The notes under the pieces are model-generated. The model was not told where the DNA came from. It ran no database searches and worked only from the letters and a program-made list of their open reading frames with translations. A stretch of DNA of 64,000 bases, taken from positions 67,231 to 131,230 of the forward strand of contig JAYOEU010000002.1 of NCBI GenBank assembly GCA_038116915.1, in the 5' to 3' direction. Position numbers and translations under genes: made by a program. Within the stretch, counting starts at the first letter, position 1; each line of letters starts with the position of its first letter. This stretch comes from Alphaproteobacteria bacterium (GTDB taxonomy: Bacteria; Pseudomonadota; Alphaproteobacteria; Thalassobaculales; Thalassobaculaceae). This document shows, in pieces, positions 1 to 9,232 of the stretch.

Positions 1-1176
1 CTGGAAGACCATCAAGACGCCATGGCGAAAGGCGGCCTCGCATCCGAGAAGATAGAACTCCCACATCCGGCAGAACCGCTCGTCGTACATTGCCGCGATC
101 GTTTCGCGGTTGCGCTCGAACGCCTCGTGCCAGCGGCGCAGCGTCTCGGCGTAGTGAAGCCGCAGGATCTCGACATCCGTCACCATGAGGTCCGTTTTCT
201 CGATCCACGGCATCTGCTCGGCCAGGGTCGGTGTGTAGGCTCCGGGAAAGATGTAGCGCTCCATCCAGGGATTCTGCGGTCCCGGCTGATTGAATTTGCC
301 GACGCAATGGATCAGCGCGACACCGTCGTCGGTCAGCAGGTCCGACAGTTTGGAATAAAACTCGCCGTAATGCCTCGGTCCCACATGTTCCAGCATGCCG
401 ACCGAAACGATCCTGTCGAAGCGGGCGGTGATGTTTCTATAGTCCTGCAGGCGGAACGTCACGCGGTTGGTCAGTCCGGCTTTCCAGGCTCGCTCGTTGC
501 TGACTTTGTGCTGTTCCCTCGACAGGGTGACCCCGTCGACCTTGATGTCGGCAAGGCCGGCGAGATAGAGGCCCATTCCGCCCCAGCCGGAGCCGATGTC
601 GAGCAGGCGTTGACCGTCTTCCAGCAGTAGCTTGGCGGCGATATGCGCCTTCTTGCACTGTTGCGCGGTGGCGATATCGTCCTGCGGGCTGGTGAAATAG
701 GCGCAGGAATACTGCCGGTCGGCATCCAGAAACAGATCGAACAACTCATCGCGCAGGTCATAGTGATGCGCGACCTTGCGTTGCGCTATGCCGATCGGGT
801 TGTACGTACGGATCGCCGCCTGGATGTCGCGGAAAAAATTCAGCAAACGCTGAAGTTTCGTGGCTTCCAGATCCCGCTGGCTGGCCGTGCAGATTTCAAT
901 GAAATCCCGGAGCGAGCCTTCTTCGACAACCAGCGTGCCGTCCATATAGGCTTCGCCGGCTGCCAGTTGGGGGTTGTGAAAAAGGCGGAAATGCAGGGCG
1001 GGATCAGTCAGGCGGATCGTTGCGGAAGGTCCGTCGCTACCGGCGAGGCGGTGCGTTCGCCCCTTCGCATCTATTACGGTGAGCGAGCCATACTTGATAA
1101 CGTTCTTGAACGATGTTCCCGCAAACATCGTGCCGTGACCTCCATTCGATTGGTCGGGATACTCCAATCGCGACAT
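1..1176 (-). CDS. cfa: cyclopropane-fatty-acyl-phospholipid synthase family methyltransferase (3' end runs off the window)
   Basis: Manual minus-strand translation from ATG at 1176-1174 gives MSRLEYPDQSNGGHGTMFAGTSFKNVIKYGSLTVIDAKG... It carries the SAM motif LLDIGSGWGGMGLYLAG and the tail ...MYDERFCRMWEFYLLGCEAAF typical of CFA synthases. The frame is open to nt 1, so the ORF is absent from the track. Confidence 0.85.
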   Translation of the reverse strand, partial: MSRLEYPDQSNGGHGTMFAGTSFKNVIKYGSLTVIDAKGRTHRLAGSDGPSATIRLTDPALHFRLFHNPQLAAGEAYMDGTLVVEEGSLRDFIEICTASQRDLEATKLQRLLNFFRDIQAAIRTYNPIGIAQRKVAHHYDLRDELFDLFLDADRQYSCAYFTSPQDDIATAQQCKKAHIAAKLLLEDGQRLLDIGSGWGGMGLYLAGLADIKVDGVTLSREQHKVSNERAWKAGLTNRVTFRLQDYRNITARFDRIVSVGMLEHVGPRHYGEFYSKLSDLLTDDGVALIHCVGKFNQPGPQNPWMERYIFPGAYTPTLAEQMPWIEKTDLMVTDVEILRLHYAETLRRWHEAFERNRETIAAMYDERFCRMWEFYLLGCEAAFRHGVLMVFQ

Positions 1177-1391
1177 GAAGCCGGTGGGGAATAGTAACAA
1201 ATCAACTCAATCTCGGATAGTTTTCAAGGTTCCGGTCTTTTGAGATCTCAAGGAGAGAGAATCCCGCGAAAAGGGAACGCTCGCCGGACTGTTATCGAAG
1301 TCTCAACTGGTTCAAATACCGGCCACTGATATCCGATTGATTTTCATGCGAATTCTTTCCAGCGCGTCGGCGCCGCTCGCTTCGCGCTATA

Positions 1392-2144
1392 TCAGTAGAC
1401 CGCGCGTCCGCCGGACAAGTCGAAACAGGCGCCGGTGCTGAATCCGCAGCGGTCCGAGGCCAGCCAGCAGACCAGTTCGGCGCATTCCTCGGCGGTGCCC
1501 AGGCGTTGCATCGGGCTTTTGTCGATCATGATCTTCAGCAGAGCCGGATCGGCGTTCCGCGCCATCTCGGTATCGAGGGCCGCCGGCGCGATGCAGTTCA
1601 CCAGCACGCCCGAGGTCGCGAGTTCCTTTCCCATCGTCTTCGTCAGCGCGATCACACCGGCTTTCGAGGCGCTGTAGGCGGCCATCAAGGGCGTGCCGTC
1701 CTTGCCGGCGAGCGACGCGATATTGACGATACGGCCCCAGCCCCGCGCGACCATTCCAGGCGCCGCCTGCTTGGAGCATAGAAAGGTGCCGGTGAGGTTT
1801 ACGTCCAGGACCCGGCGCCAGACATCGCTTTCCAGGCTGGTGACCGGTCCTGGCGCGCCGATGATGCCGGCGCTGTTGACCAGGATATCGACCTTGCCAT
1901 GGGCACTCTCCGCGCCGCGCAGCGCAGACGTCACCTGAGAGTCCTCGGAGATATCGACCGCAATCGCGGTCGCCCGGTCTCCGGCCTTGAGGCCCAGCAA
2001 GGCACGCTCGGCCTCGTCCCCGTCGGCGTCCCACAGCGCCACCCGGCCGCCACGTTCGAGAATCATCCTGGCGCTAGCGAGGCCGATTCCCCGCGCGCCG
2101 CCGGTGATCACCGCGACCTTGCCCTCGAAATCCCGCGTGGTCAT
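1392..2144 (-). CDS. SDR family NAD(P)-dependent oxidoreductase
   Basis: Track ORF 1392..2336(-) trimmed to the ATG at 2144, giving MTTRDFEGKVAVITGGARGIGLA (TGxxxGxG). It has the YSASK catalytic motif and is 250 aa. Confidence 0.85.
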   Translation of the reverse strand: MTTRDFEGKVAVITGGARGIGLASARMILERGGRVALWDADGDEAERALLGLKAGDRATAIAVDISEDSQVTSALRGAESAHGKVDILVNSAGIIGAPGPVTSLESDVWRRVLDVNLTGTFLCSKQAAPGMVARGWGRIVNIASLAGKDGTPLMAAYSASKAGVIALTKTMGKELATSGVLVNCIAPAALDTEMARNADPALLKIMIDKSPMQRLGTAEECAELVCWLASDRCGFSTGACFDLSGGRAVY

Positions 2145-2149
2145 GAAGA

Positions 2150-2410
2150 CTATCCCTGAAAGTTCGCGTCTTCGGACAGGGTGAACTCTCCGGCGCGGAT
2201 CCGCTCCGGCCATTCCGCCACCATCTCGGCGACGGATTCCTCGCCGTAATGCTCGATCATGTCGGTGAGCGCCGCGAAAATCGCCGAGGATGCCACCATC
2301 TCCGCCGAAATCCCCTGGGCGAGGGCATCCTCCCAAACCTCGAGGATCATTTTCAGCGCCAGGCGTTTTTGCTCGTCCTCGGGCAGGAACATGGCGTCGT
2401 CATGGGACAT
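2150..2410 (-). CDS. hypothetical small acidic protein (86 aa)
   Basis: Track ORF 2150..2491(-) trimmed to MSHDDAMFLPEDEQKRLALKMILEVWEDAL... Its stop lies 5 nt upstream of the SDR start, so co-transcription is likely. No family recognised. Confidence 0.45.
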   Translation of the reverse strand: MSHDDAMFLPEDEQKRLALKMILEVWEDALAQGISAEMVASSAIFAALTDMIEHYGEESVAEMVAEWPERIRAGEFTLSEDANFQG

Positions 2411-2453
2411 CGCGATCTCGCGTTTCGGTGTGATTGAAGCGTCGGACGGGAGA

Positions 2454-4472
2454 ATGCATGCTGGCCGTATGAAAGTCACCCCATCCGCCATCGCCTATTA
2501 CCAGCCGGAAAACAGCCGTCCGGAGCCGGCGCCGCGCGGCGATCTCGATCCCGATCTCGTCTGGCGAGACCGGGGGACGCCGGCTTCGGCCCGCTTCGGC
2601 GACGTCTATTTCTCAAGCGAGAACGGCCTTGCGGAGGCCCGTCACACCTTCCTGGACGGGAACGGATTACCCGGCGCCTGGGCCGGCCGGGATTGCTTCG
2701 TGATCGGTGAGACGGGATTCGGCACCGGCCTGAATTTTCTGGCCACATGGAAGGATTGGCGGGAAACCGCTCGGCCCGGCGCGATCCTGCATTACCTTGC
2801 GGTGGAGGGCTATCCGCTAAGCCGCGAGCGGATGCGCGACTGCCTCGCGCCCTGGTCCGAACTGGCGCCGCTTGCAGCCGAGCTAGCCGAAGCCTATCCG
2901 CCGCTGCACGACGGTTTTCACAGGATCTGGCTCGACGGGAACCGGGTCGTGCTCACATTGTTGATCGGCGAGGCTGGCGAGGTCCTCCGCGAGGCCGAGG
3001 CGGGCGTCGATGCGTGGTTTTTGGATGGTTTCGCTCCGGCGAGAAATCCGGCGATGTGGTCTCCGGAGGTCTTTGGCGAGATTGCGCGCCTGTCCGCCCC
3101 CGGCACGACATTGGCGACCTTCACGGTTGCCGGCACTGTCCGGCAAGGGCTCCAGGATGCCGGATTTGAAATCGCAAAGCGGCCGGGTTTCGGGCGGAAG
3201 AGGGAGATGCTGACCGGTCGCTTCAAGGGTGCGCCGACATCGCGGTTGCCGCCCTGGTACGAATTGCCGCCGCCGATCCCCAGAAGCGGGCGAACCGCTA
3301 TCATCGGCGCCGGCATCGCCGGGTGCGCGGCCGCGAACGCCCTGTCCCGGCGGGGCATCGCGGGTCTGCTGATCGATCGGCACGACGATGTGGCCGTCGA
3401 AGCATCCGGCAATCCGGTTGCCCTGATCGCGCCGCGCACGGATCGGGGTTGGGGCGAGGCCGTGCTGTTTCATGACCGCGCGTTCCGGATGGCCGTGGCG
3501 GAAGTCGCGGCCGCCGGGGTGGACTGGCTGGGACGCGGGGCCCTGCGGCTCGTGGAGGAGGCCGAACCGCACGCGCGGCTCTGGGACGGCGCGATCACGC
3601 CGCTCGATCAGGCCGAGGCGTCCACAAAGGCCGGGATCTCTCTCGGTTCCGCCGCGTTCTGGTTTCCCGATGCCGGACTGATCGAGCCCGCGCGCCTCGC
3701 CAGACATCTCGCGCGGTCCTGGGAACGGTACAAGGCCGTTGGAGCCGGGGGCATCCGTCCTGACGCCGATCAATGGTGTGTGGAAGACGGATCCGGCTCG
3801 CGGATCACCGGGGCGGACGCGGTCATCGTCGCGGCGGCAAATGCTTCCGGTGGCTTCGGGGCCTTGGATTGGCTGCCTTTGACGCCAGTGCTTGGTCAGC
3901 TTTCCGGCGTTCCCCAATCCGATCGAAGCACTGCGCTGAAGACCACGCTGATCTGGGGTGGATATCTCACACCGGCATTGAAGGGAACGCATGTGCTCGG
4001 CGCGACCCATGAACGCGGCGACTTTGATCCCGCCGTCTGGCCGTGGCCCGCCACGTGCTCCGGCCATGAACACAACTTTCTGGGGGTGCCGACGGCGGTC
4101 GGAACGCTGTTCGGTCGCCAAGATTTCAGGAACTGGATTGGCAGAACCTCGCTTCGATGCACCCTGCCTGACCATCTGCCAGCTGCGGGACCGGTCGCAC
4201 GAGCCGACCGATTCTTTGAGCGTTTTGACAGGCTGCGACACGGTCCCCGCGGGCGATTTCCGGTGGCCCCGGACTATCATCCGGGCTTGTTCGTCCTCAC
4301 CGGTCTCGGAGGACGGGGCGTAACCACCGCGCCGCTGGCGGCGGAGTTGCTGGTCAGTCAGATGCTGGGAGAGCCTTGGCCGATCGAGCGGCGGCAGGCT
4401 TTGGCCCTGTCGCCGTCGCGTTTCCTGGTCCGCCGCGCACGCCAGGGTGGGAGTGAAAGGGACTGGCCGTGA
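2454..4472 (+). CDS. mnmC: bifunctional tRNA 5-methylaminomethyl-2-thiouridine biosynthesis protein MnmC (methyltransferase + FAD oxidoreductase)
   Basis: The N-terminal half contains FGDVYFSSENGLAEARHTFLDGNGLP and FVIGETGFGTGLNFLATW (MnmD/DUF752 signature). The C-terminal half contains the FAD motif AIIGAGIAGCAAANAL. The start is set at ATG 2454 (2469 is an alternative) because the track's upstream extension overlaps the divergent gene. Confidence 0.85.
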   Translation: MHAGRMKVTPSAIAYYQPENSRPEPAPRGDLDPDLVWRDRGTPASARFGDVYFSSENGLAEARHTFLDGNGLPGAWAGRDCFVIGETGFGTGLNFLATWKDWRETARPGAILHYLAVEGYPLSRERMRDCLAPWSELAPLAAELAEAYPPLHDGFHRIWLDGNRVVLTLLIGEAGEVLREAEAGVDAWFLDGFAPARNPAMWSPEVFGEIARLSAPGTTLATFTVAGTVRQGLQDAGFEIAKRPGFGRKREMLTGRFKGAPTSRLPPWYELPPPIPRSGRTAIIGAGIAGCAAANALSRRGIAGLLIDRHDDVAVEASGNPVALIAPRTDRGWGEAVLFHDRAFRMAVAEVAAAGVDWLGRGALRLVEEAEPHARLWDGAITPLDQAEASTKAGISLGSAAFWFPDAGLIEPARLARHLARSWERYKAVGAGGIRPDADQWCVEDGSGSRITGADAVIVAAANASGGFGALDWLPLTPVLGQLSGVPQSDRSTALKTTLIWGGYLTPALKGTHVLGATHERGDFDPAVWPWPATCSGHEHNFLGVPTAVGTLFGRQDFRNWIGRTSLRCTLPDHLPAAGPVARADRFFERFDRLRHGPRGRFPVAPDYHPGLFVLTGLGGRGVTTAPLAAELLVSQMLGEPWPIERRQALALSPSRFLVRRARQGGSERDWP

Positions 4473-5455
4473 GCAGAGAGGGTGGGAACCGTTGGATCGA
4501 GCTTCGCCGCGCCGTGGCGGCATTCGGCTGCCTGGTCTTGACGCTCGCTGCCGTGCCGGCGGTGTCCCGGGCCGAGATCGCCGCGCGGCCCGGGCTGATT
4601 TGGGACGTTGCGGCTCGCGCGCCGATCACCCGCCAAGCGCTGGAGGAGCGCCTCGCGGGGACCGCATATATCCTCCTTGGCGAAAAGCACGACAATGCCG
4701 GCCATCACCTGTTGCAGGGCGAGATTCTGGCGCGGTTGACGCGGGCGGGACGGCGCCCGGCCCTGGTCTGGGAAATGCTGCCCCGCCGCGCGCAAGGCGC
4801 TATCGACGCCTATCTGGCGCGGCGGGACGCGGATCCGGATGGTTTCGCGTCGGTGGTGGGTTGGGACAATCTCGGTTGGGGGGATTGGGAGCCCTACCGT
4901 TCGATCGCATCTGGGGCTATCGCCGGAGGGTTGCGGCAGTTCGCCGGCGGGCTCGACCGTTCCGACCTCAAGGCTATCGGCAAGGGCGGATTGGGCGCTC
5001 TGCCGGACGACCTGTCAGCCCGGCTTTCGGGAGGCGATCCTCTTACGCCGCCGCAAAGGAAACTGATCGAGGACGCGGTCCATGAGGGCCATTGCGGATT
5101 TGTGCCGCGTGCCCATCTTGGTCCGATGATTTCGGTCCAGATCGCGCGGGATCTGGCCTTGGCCGATGCGCTGGCCCGTTCTGCGCCGCCGGAAGGCGCG
5201 GTTTTGATCGCCGGAGCTCAGCATGTGAGACGCGATGCCGGCGCGCCGATCCATCTCGCTCGCATGCGGCCCGGCGCCGCGGCGATCAGCCTGCGTTTCG
5301 TCGAGGTCGACCCGGATCAGGCGCCCGATCCCCTGGCGCTCGCGAGGACTGGCGCCCATGACATCCTCTGGTTCACCGGGCCGGGTCCGGACAAGGACTA
5401 TTGCGGAGATCTCGCCCGGCGCTTCGGCAAGAAGCACGCGCGGTCAACCAAGTGA
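4469..5455 (+). CDS. ChaN-family (haem-binding/Tiki-superfamily) periplasmic protein
   Basis: The GTG start overlaps the mnmC stop (GTGA). The N-terminus is signal-peptide-like (AAFGCLVLTLAAVPAVSRA), and the ILLGEKHDNAGHH motif resembles ChaN-type proteins. Confidence 0.6.
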   Translation: MSREGGNRWIELRRAVAAFGCLVLTLAAVPAVSRAEIAARPGLIWDVAARAPITRQALEERLAGTAYILLGEKHDNAGHHLLQGEILARLTRAGRRPALVWEMLPRRAQGAIDAYLARRDADPDGFASVVGWDNLGWGDWEPYRSIASGAIAGGLRQFAGGLDRSDLKAIGKGGLGALPDDLSARLSGGDPLTPPQRKLIEDAVHEGHCGFVPRAHLGPMISVQIARDLALADALARSAPPEGAVLIAGAQHVRRDAGAPIHLARMRPGAAAISLRFVEVDPDQAPDPLALARTGAHDILWFTGPGPDKDYCGDLARRFGKKHARSTK

Positions 5456-5480
5456 CGGACCCGAGCGTCGGCGCTCGGGC

Positions 5481-6977
5481 TCAGGCGCCGGAATTGTGGC
5501 CCATCATCGCTTCCTTGCCCGCCGATGCGCCGGCGATGCGGCCGAAGACCGCGCCATTGATCAGGCCGCTGCCGCCCGGATAGTTGAAATAGAAGATGCC
5601 GCCGACCATTTCGCCGGCCGCGAACAGACCCTTCAGGGGCTTGTAGTCGGTGCTCTGGACCTGGGCGTTGCCGTCGATCCGCACCCCGCCGAAGGTGAAG
5701 GTGATGCCGCAGGTCACCTGATAGGCCTCGAACGGTCCCTCGTCGATGGTGTTGGCCCAGTTTGACTTGACCACGTCCAGGCCCTTGGTGGTGCGGCCGT
5801 CCTTGACGTTCGGGTTGAACGGGATATCGGTGCGCACGGCGGCATTCCAGCGCTTGATCTCATCGATGAAGGCCTCGGCGTTGACGCCCTCGAGCTTGCC
5901 GGCGAGTTCCTCGATCGTGTTGCCCGTTACCTTGGTCACCTGGCGGATGCGGTACTCGTCCCGCAAAAGGTGGATCACCTTCTGGTCGAAGATCTGCCAG
6001 GCGAACTGGTTCGGTTGATTGAGGATTACCCGTCCGTATTTCGCATAGGTGTAGTTCCGGAAGTCGGCGCCCTCGTCGACGAAGCGCCGTCCGGTCGCAT
6101 TGACCATGATGCCGAACGGATAGCTGTGCTTCTGGAACGCATCGCCGACCGCGAGGTCGCCGAATTCCGGCGCGTTGCGCTCCCAGCCGACCGCATGACA
6201 GCCCGACCAGTTGCCCATGGTGCTGGCTCCGGCATCGGTCGCCATGCGGATGCCGTCGCCGACATTGTAGGGGGTGCCGCGCACCTTCGCGAGATCCCAA
6301 CCGGGGCCGAGATAGCGGGTGCGCCACTCGCTGTTGGCCTGAAAGCCGCCGGCCGCCAGCACCACCGCCTTGGCGGCGACTTCCTTGACCACGCCCTCGT
6401 GGCGGATCTTGACGCCGGAGACCTTGACGCCGTCGCTGATCAGGTCCAACGCGCGGGCCTCGAACAGGATGTCGATGCCCCGGTCCTTCGCCGCCTTCCA
6501 CTCGGCTTCGACCAGACCCGGGCCGCCGCCATAAGCCTCGACCGTGAGGCCACCCCAGAACTTGAACTTGCCGTCCACCTTGAAGGCCTGCCGGCCCCAG
6601 ATAGGCGCGAAGCGGACACCCTTGCCGCGCAGCCATTTCAGGGTCTCGAAGCTGTTCTTGACCAGGATCTCGACCAGTTCGGGATCGGTGCGGTACTCGG
6701 TCACCCGGAACATGTCGTCGAAGAACTGATCCTCGGTATAGGTGCCGAAATCGGTGATCTCGCATTCGGCGTCGGTGAGGTCAGGCATCAGTTCACGCAG
6801 GTCGTCGACGCCATTGTAGACGGTGCGGATCGCGCCGGCGGTAAACCTTGTGTTGCCGCCGCCAAGCTCCTCCGGCGCGGCCTCCAGCACCAGCACCTTG
6901 GCCCCGCTTTCTTCCGCCGAAAGGGCGGCGCACATGGCGGCGTTTCCAGCGCCGACGATAACGACATCATAATTCAT
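5481..6977 (-). CDS. FAD-dependent oxidoreductase, TcuA / fumarate-reductase-flavoprotein-like
   Basis: MNYDVVIVGAGNAAMCAALSAEESGAKVLVLEAAP is a dinucleotide-binding motif. The protein is 498 aa and has the C-terminal GLFAAGEMVGG motif typical of this flavoprotein group. Confidence 0.8.
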   Translation of the reverse strand: MNYDVVIVGAGNAAMCAALSAEESGAKVLVLEAAPEELGGGNTRFTAGAIRTVYNGVDDLRELMPDLTDAECEITDFGTYTEDQFFDDMFRVTEYRTDPELVEILVKNSFETLKWLRGKGVRFAPIWGRQAFKVDGKFKFWGGLTVEAYGGGPGLVEAEWKAAKDRGIDILFEARALDLISDGVKVSGVKIRHEGVVKEVAAKAVVLAAGGFQANSEWRTRYLGPGWDLAKVRGTPYNVGDGIRMATDAGASTMGNWSGCHAVGWERNAPEFGDLAVGDAFQKHSYPFGIMVNATGRRFVDEGADFRNYTYAKYGRVILNQPNQFAWQIFDQKVIHLLRDEYRIRQVTKVTGNTIEELAGKLEGVNAEAFIDEIKRWNAAVRTDIPFNPNVKDGRTTKGLDVVKSNWANTIDEGPFEAYQVTCGITFTFGGVRIDGNAQVQSTDYKPLKGLFAAGEMVGGIFYFNYPGGSGLINGAVFGRIAGASAGKEAMMGHNSGA

Positions 6978-7113
6978 CTTTGGAACCCTCTATTGTCCGA
7001 TCGATCCGCCGCGGCAATTGCGGCGCCAAGGTCGCCGGTATCTAGCATCGTCACCGATTGTATACAATGAGCCTATCTGTCGCGGGCGGATGGTTGCCAG
7101 GACCCTTCGAGAC

Positions 7114-7171
7114 ACGGCCTTAAGGCCGTTCCTCAGGGTGAGTCGGTTAGCTGACAAGACTCACCCTGAGG
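7114..7171. repeat. REP-like double hairpin in a divergent intergenic region
   Basis: Hairpin 1 is ACGGCC-ttaa-GGCCGT (7114-7129). Hairpin 2 has perfect 14-bp arms, CCTCAGGGTGAGTC (7131-7144) and GACTCACCCTGAGG (7158-7171). Translated in frame it gives the ...LRPFLRVS...HPEE... strings that usually betray intergenic repeats in alphaproteobacteria. Confidence 0.6.
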
Positions 7172-7236
7172 AGCATGCGCTTGAACAATCTCACGCCACC
7201 TTCCAAATTCGATGGACATACCAACCGGAGGCATTC

Positions 7237-7824
7237 GTGCCTGACGCCCTTAACACACTGCTTGCCGAAATCCGTGCCTGCACCCATTGCCGGGAGCATC
7301 TACCGCTCGGTCCACGGCCGGTCGTGGTGGCGAATAGCGCGGCGAAAGTGTTGATCATCGGGCAGGCGCCCGGAACCAAGGTGCACGAAACCGGCATTCC
7401 CTGGAACGACAGGTCGGGCGATATCCTGCGTGGCTGGATGGGTGTGGACCGCGAATTGTTCTACGAGGCCCGGAAGATCGCGATCATGCCGATGGGCTTC
7501 TGCTATCCCGGGGTTCTGAAAAATGGCGGCGACGCTCCGCCCCGGCCGGAATGCGCGCCGATGTGGCATGACCGGCTGCGCGCGCATCTGCCGAATGTCG
7601 AGCTTACCCTGCTCGCCGGCATGTATGCCCAGGCGGCGTATCTCGGGACGGCGCGGCGCAAGACCCTGACCGAGACGGTCGCGGCCTGGCGGGACTACGG
7701 GCCGGATATCATTCCTTTGCCGCACCCCTCCTGGCGCTCCGGCAACCTGATCCGCAAGAACCCCTGGTTCGAAACCGGGTTGTTGCCCGATCTGAAGCGA
7801 CGTGTGAAAGATCTTTTGAGCTAA
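7237..7824 (+). CDS. uracil-DNA glycosylase superfamily protein
   Basis: Track ORF 7018..7824 trimmed to the GTG at 7237, which follows GGAGG (7227-7231) by 5 nt. Motifs include CTHC, IIGQAPG and LPHPSWRS. The product is 195 aa, a typical length. The upstream extension consists of the REP hairpin. Confidence 0.7.
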   Translation: MPDALNTLLAEIRACTHCREHLPLGPRPVVVANSAAKVLIIGQAPGTKVHETGIPWNDRSGDILRGWMGVDRELFYEARKIAIMPMGFCYPGVLKNGGDAPPRPECAPMWHDRLRAHLPNVELTLLAGMYAQAAYLGTARRKTLTETVAAWRDYGPDIIPLPHPSWRSGNLIRKNPWFETGLLPDLKRRVKDLLS

Positions 7825-8720
7825 TGGAGAAGCCAGTCATGAGTGTGAGCGACCTGCGCCTAATCGACCGGATCGTCACCGCCCATCAGCAGCGCGAGGG
7901 GGCAGGTTTCATGGTCCGCCGCCCGGTGCCGACGGTCGGGCTGGACCAGGTCGACCCGTTTCTGATGCTGGACGAGGTCGGGCCGGTAACCTACGCGCCC
8001 GGCAAGGCAATCGGCGCGCCGGACCACCCGCATCGCGGTTTCGAGACGGTTTCCTACATCCTCGCCGGGGAAAAGCTGCATGAGGATTCCACCGGCAAAA
8101 GCCAGCTGATCCGCGCCGGTGACGTGCAGTGGATGATGGCCGGCGCCGGCATTGTGCATTCGGAATTGCCAGGCCCTGATTTCAAGGCGGCGGGCGGTTT
8201 GGCGCACGGTTTTCAGATCTGGGTCAATCTGCCGGCGGCGGCGAAGTTCACCACGCCGGGCTACCAGTACCTGCCGGCCGCCGAAATCCCAACGGCGCAA
8301 AGCCCCGACGGGCTGATCGACGTGACCGTGGTGGCCGGCGAGGCCTTCGGTGTTGAGGCCGCGATCGGTACGCATACCCCGATCTGGTTGCAGGATTGGC
8401 GGGTCAAACCCAGCGCGGATGCCGAGGTCGAGATCGATCCGGCGTTCAATGCCGCTGCCTATGTCTTCGATGGCGCGGTCGGTTTCGGCGAAATCGCCGA
8501 GATCGTTGAACGCGGTCAGATGGCGGTTTTCGGATCGGGCGGCCGGTTGCGGGTCTCGGCGCCGGCAAACTCCGACGGAGGACGCTTTCTTCTCCTGGCC
8601 GGCGAACCTTTGAACGAACCGGTCGCGCGGTACGGCCCCTTTGTCATGAATACCCGCGACGAATTGGTCGCGGCCTTCGACGATTTTCAGTCCGGGGCGA
8701 TGGGTGTTATCGAGCGATAA
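7824..8720 (+). CDS. pirin family protein
   Basis: Contains the pirin metal-site motif HPHRGFETVSYILAGE. The protein is 298 aa, and its ATG overlaps the upstream stop (TAATG). Confidence 0.9.
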   Translation: MEKPVMSVSDLRLIDRIVTAHQQREGAGFMVRRPVPTVGLDQVDPFLMLDEVGPVTYAPGKAIGAPDHPHRGFETVSYILAGEKLHEDSTGKSQLIRAGDVQWMMAGAGIVHSELPGPDFKAAGGLAHGFQIWVNLPAAAKFTTPGYQYLPAAEIPTAQSPDGLIDVTVVAGEAFGVEAAIGTHTPIWLQDWRVKPSADAEVEIDPAFNAAAYVFDGAVGFGEIAEIVERGQMAVFGSGGRLRVSAPANSDGGRFLLLAGEPLNEPVARYGPFVMNTRDELVAAFDDFQSGAMGVIER

Positions 8721-8735
8721 AAGCCTCCAGCGGTC

Positions 8736-9071
8736 CTACTCCGCCGCCTGGTCCACCACGCTTTCGTCGAAGACCGAGCCGTATTCGCGGTCCATGGTGA
8801 TCGGCGATTCGTAGAACTCGACCACCGGGGGATGGCCGTATTTCTCGGTCATGTAGGCCTTCCACTCGGCGCTGTAGGCCTTCTCCGCGGCTTCGCGGGA
8901 CTCCCAGAGATAGGCGCCACCGCCAACTCCGTCTCGGTACAGCACGTTCTTTCTAAGCAGGCCGTCGGTGGCCATGTAGCGCGGGATCGAGTCGCGGAAC
9001 ATGGTGAACGCCTCCTCGCGGCTGGTGCCGGCGGGAAGGCCGTAGGTGACGACAGCGAAGACATGGGTCAT
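8736..9071 (-). CDS. YdhR-like (ABM-fold) putative monooxygenase
   Basis: Track ORF 8736..9098(-) trimmed to MTHVFAVVTYGLPAG... The segment GGGAYLWESREAAEKAY resembles the YdhR family. 111 aa. Confidence 0.5.
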   Translation of the reverse strand: MTHVFAVVTYGLPAGTSREEAFTMFRDSIPRYMATDGLLRKNVLYRDGVGGGAYLWESREAAEKAYSAEWKAYMTEKYGHPPVVEFYESPITMDREYGSVFDESVVDQAAE

Positions 9072-9232
9072 GAGGCCGCTCCGATCAGCTTGAAACACAG
9101 GTTAGCAAATGCCGGCCGCGCCGTCGTCCCGGAATTGGGCCGGAATTGGACCGGAATTGGGGCTGGACCAATCGATCCCCCGGGACCAGCATGGCCGAAA
9201 GCGTTTTCGCCGAGCCGCTCCGGAGCCCCGCC

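Noticed and set aside
22-630. A 202-aa plus-strand ORF at the window start.
   Set aside because: The opposite strand encodes a continuous, motif-rich CFA synthase that is open to nt 1. The plus-strand product has no recognisable features.
7018-7236. N-terminal 73-codon extension of the UDG-family ORF.
   Set aside because: The extension is a read-through of the REP-like hairpins. A GTG with a GGAGG SD at 7237 yields a protein of typical family length.
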